A stretch of 64,000 bases of DNA, taken from the NCBI GenBank assembly GCA_050998795.1, contig JBPCPU010000079.1:3257-67256 (forward strand), written 5' to 3'. Below the pieces are notes generated by a model, which searched no databases, was not told the origin of the DNA, and was given only the letters and a program-made list of their open reading frames with translations. A program made the position numbers and the translations under genes. Every line of letters starts with the position of its first letter. Position 1 is the first letter of the stretch. Positions 1-7,625 of the stretch are shown here, piece after piece. The DNA is from Pyrinomonadaceae bacterium. GTDB taxonomy: Bacteria > Acidobacteriota > Blastocatellia > Pyrinomonadales > Pyrinomonadaceae.

Positions 1-291
1 AAATTTACCCTGCAAAAACGGCGTAACAAATTTCGTGTCGAAGGTTCTGCCTGAATAACCGTTCGGCATATTTTCTTGATGAAACCGAATGTCTTGTTCG
101 GGTTTGTAAATTTTATAAACAATTGAAGTTAAAGTTACGCCAAGCACAGCTTTCAAAGATTCGGCATTTTCGACCACGATTTTTAATTCGGTAATGCAAT
201 CTTCTGAAAGCGCAGGAAAAATTTCCGTCAATGGTTTTTCTTTCGCTTCCGTCAATGCGTTTTGCAGAATTTCTTTCGGATTTTTAGACAT
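1..291 (-). CDS. Putative type II restriction endonuclease, N-terminal 97 aa (gene runs off the left edge)
   Basis: Open minus-strand frame from ATG at 291-289 (MSKNPKEILQNALTEAKEKPL...HQENMPNGYSGRTFDTKFVTPFLQGKF). It begins 10 nt after the methyltransferase stop. It is absent from the ORF track because the window truncates it. Function is inferred only from tight linkage to the methyltransferase; no catalytic motif is visible in the part present. Confidence 0.4.
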   Translation of the reverse strand, partial: MSKNPKEILQNALTEAKEKPLTEIFPALSEDCITELKIVVENAESLKAVLGVTLTSIVYKIYKPEQDIRFHQENMPNGYSGRTFDTKFVTPFLQGKF

Positions 292-300
292 TTAAAAAAA

Positions 301-1347
301 TCAAAAAAGTTTTTGTTGAAGCGCGGCTTGCTCGATTCTTTCCCGCGCGTATTCGCAATATTCGGCGTTTATGTCGAAGCCGATAAAGTTTCTGTTTTTA
401 TTTATCGCGGCGACGGCGGTTGAACCTGAACCGACGAACGGGTCAAGCACAATGTCGTTTTCTTCGGTTAATAAATTCAAAAATTCTTCGACAATCGAAA
501 CCGGATAAATCGCCGGATGCGGAGCGTTTTTCAAAGACTCGACCGGACTGATTATCACATCTTTTTTAAGCGGATTGCCGTGTATCCGAATCAGCGTAAA
601 GCCGTTTTTATCAAGTTGGATTTTACGTCCGCCGTCTTGTCCGCCGAAAGGCTCGGAATGAATACCGCGAATTTTCATCCGAAAGCCTTGAATTTTTCCG
701 CCGCGCACTTCTTGGATGATTTCCGTCAAATGAAGTCGTGCCAGTTCTTTTTGCTCAATTGTCAGTTCTGATTTTTCAATCAAGTCAAAATATGTTCTGC
801 CAACATTTGTGCCGGCGTTTCCGTTAGTTTTAGCGGTTTCTTCACGTTTTAAGAATTCGTCAACGAAATAGCGGTAATTTTCCGATTTAACAAAATGAAA
901 AAACGGCTCGGTGCTGCTGACCAGACGACGCTTGAACTGTCGCGGAGTCGGATTTGATTTTACCCAAGTTATTGCATTGACAAGTTTGACGTTAAAATTT
1001 TCCGTCGCTTGAATCGCAAAGCGATACGGCACAAGTAATAAACTGCTTTCTTCGTATTTGTCGCCGAGATTAAAAATTATGCCTCCCGTCGGTTTGGTAA
1101 CGCGAACGCATTCTTGAAAAGTTTGTAAAAGGTTTTCAATGTATTCTTGACAAGTTTCTTCATTGCCAAAACCCGCGCCGTAATCGCGTTGATTGAAATA
1201 AGGCGGTGAAGTGATAACCAAATCAATACTTTCATCGGGAATCTGCGCCAAGAGTTGGAGATTATTACCACAAGTAATTTTATTCAAAAACTTAAAACTA
1301 CTTAAATGTCCTTTGAAGACATTATTTTTTAGAGCAACTTCAAGCAT
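301..1347 (-). CDS. DNA methyltransferase, beta-class (N4-cytosine or N6-adenine)
   Basis: 348 aa. [11 protein letters not shown] (motif IV, SPPY) lies N-terminal to [13 protein letters not shown] and [15 protein letters not shown] (motif I). This is the permuted order typical of beta-class amino-methyltransferases. SPPY favours m4C but does not prove it. Confidence 0.85.
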   Translation of the reverse strand: MLEVALKNNVFKGHLSSFKFLNKITCGNNLQLLAQIPDESIDLVITSPPYFNQRDYGAGFGNEETCQEYIENLLQTFQECVRVTKPTGGIIFNLGDKYEESSLLLVPYRFAIQATENFNVKLVNAITWVKSNPTPRQFKRRLVSSTEPFFHFVKSENYRYFVDEFLKREETAKTNGNAGTNVGRTYFDLIEKSELTIEQKELARLHLTEIIQEVRGGKIQGFRMKIRGIHSEPFGGQDGGRKIQLDKNGFTLIRIHGNPLKKDVIISPVESLKNAPHPAIYPVSIVEEFLNLLTEENDIVLDPFVGSGSTAVAAINKNRNFIGFDINAEYCEYARERIEQAALQQKLF

Positions 1348-1450
1348 AGATATTCACCTTGCCGCTCGAACGCGCATTGTAAAGCCAGCCTTTGAGCGTA
1401 ACTTCTTCGCCGATGTGATTTTTTAATTCGTTGATGTATGTCTGATTCAT
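1340..1450 (-). pseudogene. asnS: 5' remnant of asparaginyl-tRNA synthetase gene (asnS fragment, 36 codons)
   Basis: The frame [36 protein letters not shown]-stop was found by hand (below the track size cutoff). Its first 32 residues resemble the conserved AsnRS N-terminus (Bacillus-type ...[35 protein letters not shown], recalled from memory). The ATG overlaps the upstream kinase stop (ATGA, 1450-1447). Similarity ends after GKV, and the frame stops inside the methyltransferase start region. Confidence 0.6.
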
Positions 1451-2469
1451 AAATGCTGTAAAATTTTTCTTTTTATAATTCTTTGCAAGTTAGGAAATCT
1501 CTCAGAAGTTTCCGCCGCCTGCAAGACAATCTGAAACATCGGTTCAATATATTGTATAAAATATGTTTTACCACGATTAACTGATTGAAAGGAAAACGTG
1601 CCGATGGCTTTCAGGCATCGTTGAATCGTCTGCAAGCGGAATTCTTCTTCAAATTCGCCCGACTCAATCGTTTCCAATCCTAATTTCTCGCGTTCTGACA
1701 AAAAGAAACGCTTTTTTTCTTCGAGCCAAATATATTCGGGAATCTCTAAAACTCTGTCAAGCAAAAGCGAAACCAAATCGTAACTCGCCGTACCGATTCG
1801 CGCGTCTTGCTGGTCAATAATTCGCAAACGGTTTTCTTTGTCAATCATTAAATTCGCCGCGTGAAAATCCCGATGACATAAAACTTTGGCTTTGGCGGAA
1901 AGTTCCCGGACAAGTTCGGCAAATTCTTCGGTTAAAGCGTTATCGTCTGTTGGGGAAAGTTTCGTTTTACGGAAGGTTTCAAAATAATGCGTTTTGAAAA
2001 AATTCAATTCCCAACCGAGTTTTTCCTCGTCAAATTTTAAGCGTGATGCAATTGAATTCAACTCAAAAGCCTTTGAAGTGGCAGCTTGTATTTGTGCAAT
2101 TATGGAAATTGCCTCATTAAGTAATTCTTCCCGCTTTTCTTTATCCGAGTTTAATAATACATCGCGCAAAATCGTATCGCCGAAATCTTCCTGAATAATT
2201 ACGCCGAGATTTTCGTTAAAATCATAAATTCCGGCGACCGGCAAACTGCTGACGAGAAAAAGATTTGTAACATCGAGATAATTTTGTTCTTTCTCAATAA
2301 ATGCTTCGGGATAAACGCAGGCGATGGCAGTCGAATCATTCCAATCCACGCGGAAATATTCTCTAATGGAAGCGTCCGGCGTTAAAGTTACAATTTCGGA
2401 ATTTTCATTATTTAATTCTAAGAATTTTTGCAGCCTTTCGATTGCGCTTTCAGAAAATATTGAACTCAT
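1447..2469 (-). CDS. APH/choline-kinase-family phosphotransferase, possibly an AmgK-like anomeric sugar kinase
   Basis: 340 aa with the catalytic loop [13 protein letters not shown] (HxDxxxxN) and [10 protein letters not shown]. It is paired with a sugar-1-P nucleotidyltransferase, as in AmgK/MurU-type modules. The substrate cannot be determined from sequence alone. Confidence 0.55.
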   Translation of the reverse strand: MSSIFSESAIERLQKFLELNNENSEIVTLTPDASIREYFRVDWNDSTAIACVYPEAFIEKEQNYLDVTNLFLVSSLPVAGIYDFNENLGVIIQEDFGDTILRDVLLNSDKEKREELLNEAISIIAQIQAATSKAFELNSIASRLKFDEEKLGWELNFFKTHYFETFRKTKLSPTDDNALTEEFAELVRELSAKAKVLCHRDFHAANLMIDKENRLRIIDQQDARIGTASYDLVSLLLDRVLEIPEYIWLEEKKRFFLSEREKLGLETIESGEFEEEFRLQTIQRCLKAIGTFSFQSVNRGKTYFIQYIEPMFQIVLQAAETSERFPNLQRIIKRKILQHL

Positions 2470-2487
2470 ACCTGTGAAAAAATTTTA

Positions 2488-3564
2488 TCATTGATTAAGC
2501 GGAACGACGTAATTTTCGCCGTCCGTAAAACCTTTTAAAGCCTTTTCGGGAATTTCGCGGCTGTGATTTAACATATCGGCGCGGACAATCGCGGCGTTTT
2601 CGTGTTTTTTATTTGCTTTTATTTTTACGCCGTCGGCGATTATCGCATTTGAAATTTGTGCGCCGTCTTCGATTGTTACATCATCCCAAATTACCGAATC
2701 CTTGACGTTTGCGCTTGACGAAATCGAACAATTCGCGCCTTTGAAAACATTTGCGCCGTTCATCATTGCCAGACTGATTTCGAGATAGCGCGGAATTGTC
2801 GAAAGTTCAAACCAGCTTCCTTCGGTAATATGCGCGACAATTTTTTCCCCGTTTCTGATTGCCGGATTGTAAAACGTCGGCACAATGTCCGAATAAACGC
2901 CGCGTGGAATATAGTCAAAAATTCGCGGTTCAAGAATATGAATGCCGGTGAACATCAACGGATTGCGGATTTTGGATTTAAGATTTCGGATTTCGGATTG
3001 CGGATTTTTTTCTGAATCTTGAATCTTGAATCTTGAATCTTGAATCTTGAATCTTGAATCTTGAATCTTGAATCTTGAATCATTTTCAGGAAATTCACCA
3101 AAACCTGTTACCAAATTATCTTTTGTTTCAACTATTGTAAATCTTTCGCGCTTTGAGTTCGGTTTTAGAACCATTGTGGCAAGCGCACCGCTTTTTTTAT
3201 GAGTTTCGAGCGCGGCGGAAATATCAATATCGGTAATGATTTTGCCGTTGACGATGAGAAAGGTTTCATCTTCGAGCAGATGCCGCGCGTTGTCTAATGC
3301 GCCGGCAGTTCCCAAAATCTTCGGCTCTTCAATCGTATAATGAATTTTTACGCCGAAATTTTCGCCGCCTCCAAGTGCTTTTTTGACAGATTCGGGTTGA
3401 TGATGAAGATTAACCACGACATCCGTAAAACCGTATTTGGCAATATATTCGGCAACATAACCGACCAGCGGTTTGCCCAAAAATGGAATTGCCGGTTTGG
3501 TGCGGTCAATTGTTAAAGGAAAAAGCCGTGTGCCGAAACCGGCGGCTAAAATCATTGCTTTCAT
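2488..3564 (-). CDS. Sugar-1-phosphate nucleotidyltransferase with C-terminal left-handed beta-helix domain; carries a repeat-derived 40-aa insert
   Basis: 358 aa. The N-terminus MKAMILAAGFGTRLFPLT is the GxGTRL signature. The C-terminal region is hexapeptide-like (NVKDSVIWDDVTIEDGAQISNAIIADGVKI). The insert ENDSRFKIQDSRFKIQDSRFKIQDSEKNPQSEIRNLKSKIRN sits between GFGEFP and PLMFTGIHILEP. Confidence 0.75.
   Translation of the reverse strand: MKAMILAAGFGTRLFPLTIDRTKPAIPFLGKPLVGYVAEYIAKYGFTDVVVNLHHQPESVKKALGGGENFGVKIHYTIEEPKILGTAGALDNARHLLEDETFLIVNGKIITDIDISAALETHKKSGALATMVLKPNSKRERFTIVETKDNLVTGFGEFPENDSRFKIQDSRFKIQDSRFKIQDSEKNPQSEIRNLKSKIRNPLMFTGIHILEPRIFDYIPRGVYSDIVPTFYNPAIRNGEKIVAHITEGSWFELSTIPRYLEISLAMMNGANVFKGANCSISSSANVKDSVIWDDVTIEDGAQISNAIIADGVKIKANKKHENAAIVRADMLNHSREIPEKALKGFTDGENYVVPLNQ
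2961..3081. repeat. Heptamer-repeat hairpin element inside the nucleotidyltransferase CDS
   Basis: The right arm is 9 full copies of gaatctt plus a partial copy (3014-3081). The left arm is 6 degenerate heptamers, NNggatt/taagatt (2964-3005), roughly reverse-complementary to the right arm. The element is about 120 nt, equal to 40 codons, and is in frame. Confidence 0.85.
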
Positions 3565-3695
3565 ATCTGATTAGCGTTTGTGAAAGGCGGTCTGCGATTA
3601 AGTTTTCAAAATCGCTGTAAAGATAAAACTTACTTTTTTTAAGTTTCAATTGCAAACTTGCCAAAACGGGTTTTGCCGTTAGAATCTGTTGATAG

Positions 3696-4439
3696 ATGCC
3701 AAATTCAGCCGACGAAAAAACTTATGGACTTTTTGATACGCCGCTCAATAAAAAACTTGTCGTTGAATTTGAAAAAAACGCCGCAAATTTTTTTCTGTTT
3801 CCGCCGATTGAAACTGAGAAAATTATTTTAGATGAAGAAAAAAAGGAGCTTTTGAAAGATTTAACGGCTTTTGATTGGATAATTTTTACTGATGTTTTAA
3901 CGGTTGAATACTTTTTGCAGACATTAGGAGAAAATGAGATTGATTTTTTTGAATTGGACGCGGTGCGCGTCTTCGCAGCAGGAGAAGCCGTCGCTGACAG
4001 ATTGCGTTTCGCGCAGATTCACGCCGATTTAATTCCGAACAGCGTTGAAACGAACATTATTTTTTCAGCAATTACCGAATATATTGGCGAAGAAAATTTG
4101 GATGGTTTGAGTTTTCTTTTGGTTGAAGAAAATTCGTTTGATTTAGAAATTGATAAATTATTAGCAGCAAAAAACGCGGAAATAATCGAATTGCCGGTCT
4201 ACCGGACAAAGATTTCCAACAAACAAGAAATCACAAGGTTAAAAACATTACTTAAAGGCGGCGCAATTGACGAGTTTATTTTCTCGTCGCCGGAAGATTT
4301 GATTGCACTCGAGCATTATTTTCCTGACGAATCAATTTCAGAAGTTTTTCCCGAAATAAAAGTTCTGGCGGTTGACGAAAACATCTTTCAAACCTTGAAG
4401 GAAAATAATTTCAAGCCGCATTATTTCTTTTTGAAATGA
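3696..4439 (+). CDS. Uroporphyrinogen-III synthase-like (HemD/HEM4 domain) protein
   Basis: 247 aa. Paired half-domain motifs are typical of HemD: DWIIFTDVLTVEYF, VRVFAAGEAVADRL and DEFIFSSPEDLIAL. Assigned by pattern recognition only. Confidence 0.5.
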   Translation: MPNSADEKTYGLFDTPLNKKLVVEFEKNAANFFLFPPIETEKIILDEEKKELLKDLTAFDWIIFTDVLTVEYFLQTLGENEIDFFELDAVRVFAAGEAVADRLRFAQIHADLIPNSVETNIIFSAITEYIGEENLDGLSFLLVEENSFDLEIDKLLAAKNAEIIELPVYRTKISNKQEITRLKTLLKGGAIDEFIFSSPEDLIALEHYFPDESISEVFPEIKVLAVDENIFQTLKENNFKPHYFFLK

Positions 4440-4495
4440 AGAAATTTAATTTGAAAACTGATAATCTCATATTTTGGACTTTCTCAAAATAGATA

Positions 4496-4629
4496 GTTTG
4501 TTGAGTTCTTAGAGTTTATTGAGTTTATTGAGTTTATTAAGTTGGTTGAGAAATATAACTCAACAAACTCAATAAACTCAATAAACTCAATCAATAAACT
4601 CAATGAACTCAATAAACTCAACAAACTCT
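4496..4629. repeat. 9-mer tandem-repeat hairpin (gagtttatt family), empty loop
   Basis: The left arm is agtttgttgagttcttagagtttattgagtttattgagtttattaagttggttgag. The loop is short (aaatataa). The right arm is ctcaacaaactcaataaactcaataaactcaatcaataaactcaatgaactcaataaactcaacaaactc. The element ends 1 nt before the ATG at 4631. Confidence 0.9.
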
Positions 4630-4630
4630 T

Positions 4631-5995
4631 ATGAATTTAAAGAAGAACGACCGCCGCGAGATTTTCGGCTGGCTGGTTTATGATTGGTCAAATTCAGTTT
4701 TTTTTACAACTGTTGTCGGTGTTTTAATTGGACAATATATTACGACGCTTGCCCAACAAGCGGTTGGTGAAAACGGTGTTGTTCTGAGTTTCGGCGGCTA
4801 TAACTTAGTTACCGCTAAATCGCTTTTTCCTTATTCGGTCGGGCTTTCCGTGTTTCTGCAAATTTTCTTTCTGCCCGTGATGGGCGCAATTGCCGATTAC
4901 ACGCATTTGAAAAAGACCTTTATGGCTTTTTTCTGCTATCTCGGTGCATTTGCGTGTTGTCTTTTATTCTTTGTGCAGGGAAATTTATATGTTCTCGGCT
5001 CGGTCTTTTTCATCGTTGCGAATTTGAGCGCAGGTGCTTCAATCGTCTTTTACAACTCATATCTTTCCGACATTACGACCGAAGATAAACGCGACAAAGT
5101 TTCAAGTTGGGGCTTTGCGGCAGGTTATATCAGCGGCGCGTTAGTTTTATTCGCTAATTTAATTTTTTTGAAATACGCCGAATCTTACGGCATTTCAACC
5201 GGAATGGCAGTCAGAATTTGTATTTTGACGGCGGGAATCTGGTGGGGCGGTTTCGCGCTCATCACTTTTTCATTATTAAAACGACGAAAACCGGCAAGGG
5301 AAGTTCCCGCAGGAAAAAATTATGTTGCGGCAGGCTTCGGAGAATTGATCGAAACATTCCGCGAACTGTTTAAACTCAAACATACTTTAGCTTTTTTGAT
5401 TGCTTACCTGCTTTACAACGATGGAATTCAAACCGTTATTACGAGTTCTTCGATTTTCATTTCTCAGGAACTTTTTATCGCCAGAGGATTGGAAGTTGAT
5501 AACTCGGTGTTGATAATTGCCTTTTTAATTGCCCAAATCGTTGCTTTTATCGGCGCGTTGGTCTTTGAAAGAATCGCATATTTTACCAGTTCAAAAACTG
5601 CAATAATTATTTCGCTCGTAATTTGGTCGGCGATTGTGATTTATGCCTACGGATTTTTAAACACTCTTTCTCAGGCTTATATTATGAGCGGTTTGATTGG
5701 CTTTGTTTTAGGTGGTTCGCAGGCACTTTCGCGTTCGCTGTTTTCCAAGATGATTCCGCACGGGCGCGAATCGGCTTTTTTTGGAATTTATGAAATTTCC
5801 GAGCGCGGAACTTCCTGGATAGGTCCGGTTGTTTTCGGCTTCGTCGCGCAAATGACAAATTCCTATCGTCCGGCAATTCTCGCGTTGATTGTGTTTTTTG
5901 TCGTCGGCAGTTTGATTTTGCTTTTTACGAATACGGACAAAGCAATTCACGAAGCGGGAAATCTGACGCCGACAGAAGAGGCGGACGAAGCGTGA
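4631..5995 (+). CDS. MFS transporter, UMF1 (Atg22-like) family
   Basis: 454 aa and polytopic. The N-terminal EIFGWLVYDWSNSVFFTTVV matches the characteristic YDWxNS motif of UMF1-family MFS proteins. Confidence 0.7.
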   Translation: MNLKKNDRREIFGWLVYDWSNSVFFTTVVGVLIGQYITTLAQQAVGENGVVLSFGGYNLVTAKSLFPYSVGLSVFLQIFFLPVMGAIADYTHLKKTFMAFFCYLGAFACCLLFFVQGNLYVLGSVFFIVANLSAGASIVFYNSYLSDITTEDKRDKVSSWGFAAGYISGALVLFANLIFLKYAESYGISTGMAVRICILTAGIWWGGFALITFSLLKRRKPAREVPAGKNYVAAGFGELIETFRELFKLKHTLAFLIAYLLYNDGIQTVITSSSIFISQELFIARGLEVDNSVLIIAFLIAQIVAFIGALVFERIAYFTSSKTAIIISLVIWSAIVIYAYGFLNTLSQAYIMSGLIGFVLGGSQALSRSLFSKMIPHGRESAFFGIYEISERGTSWIGPVVFGFVAQMTNSYRPAILALIVFFVVGSLILLFTNTDKAIHEAGNLTPTEEADEA

Positions 5996-6061
5996 TGATT
6001 TTGTTTTAATCAATCGGATGAATATAATGATTGAAAAGTATACAAAAACGGAAGTGAAAAA

Positions 6062-6619
6062 GTGATTGACACAGAAAAAGATAAAATCGTAACAATTTTC
6101 GGCGGTTCACGGTGCGGCGAAAATTCGGCTGAATACCGGCAGGCAAAAGAACTCGGCGGACGACTTGCCGAAGCCGGATTTACAATTTGCACGGGCGGTT
6201 ATCTGGGTGTGATGGAAGCGGCTTCGCGCGGCGCAAGGGAAAAAGGCGGGCGCGTTTTCGGTATTGTGATGAACCAATTTAAATCCGAACCGAATCGTTA
6301 TCTGACCGATAAAGTCGCCACCAATCATTTTTACGGACGGTTGCAGAATTTGATTGAACGCTCGGTCGGATTTGTCGCCATTCGCGGCGGAATGGGAACG
6401 GTTACGGAAATCTCACTCGTTTGGAACAAATTGCAAACCGGCGTGATTGAAAAACGCCCGCTCGTTCTTTTGGGAGATTGTTGGAAACAAGTTGTTGAAT
6501 GTTGGGAAAATAATCTGGTTGTCAGCAAAAATGACCTGGCTTTTCTTGACTTTGCCGACAATGCCGAAGAAGCCTGTAATATAATTATTGAAAAATCAAA
6601 AGGAGTGGTAATTAGTTGA
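6062..6619 (+). CDS. LOG family protein (TIGR00725-like nucleotide phosphoribohydrolase)
   Basis: 185 aa with a GTG start. It has TIFGGSRCGENS...AGFTICTGGYLGVMEAASRGA and RGGMGTVTE (the PGGxGTxxE-type motif). The stop codon lies inside the hairpin at 6611-6683. Confidence 0.7.
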   Translation: MIDTEKDKIVTIFGGSRCGENSAEYRQAKELGGRLAEAGFTICTGGYLGVMEAASRGAREKGGRVFGIVMNQFKSEPNRYLTDKVATNHFYGRLQNLIERSVGFVAIRGGMGTVTEISLVWNKLQTGVIEKRPLVLLGDCWKQVVECWENNLVVSKNDLAFLDFADNAEEACNIIIEKSKGVVIS

Positions 6620-6683
6620 TAGTTGATAAATGAAAGTGTAAGAAAAATTTAACTATCAGTTATCAGTTATCAACTATCAATTG
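6611..6683. repeat. Heptamer-repeat hairpin (agttgat / gttatca)
   Basis: The left arm attagttgatagttgataaatg and right arm aactatcagttatcagttatcaactatcaattg are reverse-complementary. The element lies between the LOG gene and the AIM24 gene. Confidence 0.85.
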
Positions 6684-6688
6684 AACTT

Positions 6689-7582
6689 ATGAATTGTCCG
6701 AAATGTAATGCGCCGCTTTTGCCAAACGCTCAATTTTGCGGCTCGTGCGGATTGCAGATGGAAACGCAATCGCCACCGCCGAATTATCAACCGCAATCAA
6801 ATTACGGCAGCCAACAATCTGCGGGTCGCGGAGCATTTAATTTAGACGCGGACGGACGCGGGCAAGGTCGGGGTTACACCTGGGAAATTCAACATCCCGG
6901 TTCATTTGCCTTAGCAATTGTCAACTTGCAAGCCGAACAATCAATATCGGCGGAAGCGGGCGCGATGGTTTCGATGTCGTCAAATGTAGATTTGCATTCG
7001 GAAATGAAGGGCGGCGTTTTCGGCGCGTTAAAACGTGCCGTCGGCGGCGAATCGGCGTTTGTTTCGACCTTTACGGCACGAGGCGGCGCGGGCGAAGTTA
7101 CGCTTGCGCCCGGCGCGCCCGGCGATGTTGTCGGAATTGAAATGAACAATCAAACTTTTATGGTGCAGTCGAGTTCATATTTGGCGGGCGACATCAGTCT
7201 GCAAGTTGAAACGAAATTCGGCGGCGCGAAATCCTGGATTGGCGGCGAAGGTTTATTTCTTCTGCAAGTTACCGGAACGGGTCTTTTGCTTGTTTCATCT
7301 TTTGGCGCGATTCATCGCAAATCTCTGCGGGCGGGCGAACAATATGTTGTTGACACCGGACATCTGGTTGCCTGGGAAGGTCAGATGCAGTATAACACGC
7401 GAAAAGCTGCTAAAAGCGGGTTTTTTAGAAGTTTTTTAAGCGGAGAAGGTTTGGTTGCGGAGTTTTCCGGTCCCGGCGAAATTTTAATTCAAACCCGTAA
7501 TTTGAGAGCATTTGCCGGACTCTTAAAACCTTTTTTTCCATCACAAAGCAGCAGCGGCGGTTTTGATTTTGGAATTAAGTAA
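6689..7582 (+). CDS. AIM24/TIGR00266-family protein with N-terminal zinc ribbon
   Basis: 297 aa. MNCPKCNAPLLPNAQFCGSCG is a CxxC...CxxC zinc ribbon. The body has EVTLAPGAPGDVVGIEM, LLQVTGTGLLLVSSFGAI, VVDTGHLVAWEG and GEGLVAEFSGPGEILIQTRN, typical of the DUF124/AIM24 fold family. Confidence 0.75.
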   Translation: MNCPKCNAPLLPNAQFCGSCGLQMETQSPPPNYQPQSNYGSQQSAGRGAFNLDADGRGQGRGYTWEIQHPGSFALAIVNLQAEQSISAEAGAMVSMSSNVDLHSEMKGGVFGALKRAVGGESAFVSTFTARGGAGEVTLAPGAPGDVVGIEMNNQTFMVQSSSYLAGDISLQVETKFGGAKSWIGGEGLFLLQVTGTGLLLVSSFGAIHRKSLRAGEQYVVDTGHLVAWEGQMQYNTRKAAKSGFFRSFLSGEGLVAEFSGPGEILIQTRNLRAFAGLLKPFFPSQSSSGGFDFGIK

Positions 7583-7625
7583 CTGAGTTCACTTAGCTAC
7601 GCTTGTTTTTTTAAACAGGAAATAA

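Noticed and set aside
2961-3081. DSRFKIQ x3 as a genuine protein repeat domain
   Set aside because: The same heptanucleotide unit occurs in non-coding DNA (13057-13127). The 7-nt unit gives a 7-aa period only because 3 units equal 21 nt. I interpret it as a DNA-level element tolerated in a loop.
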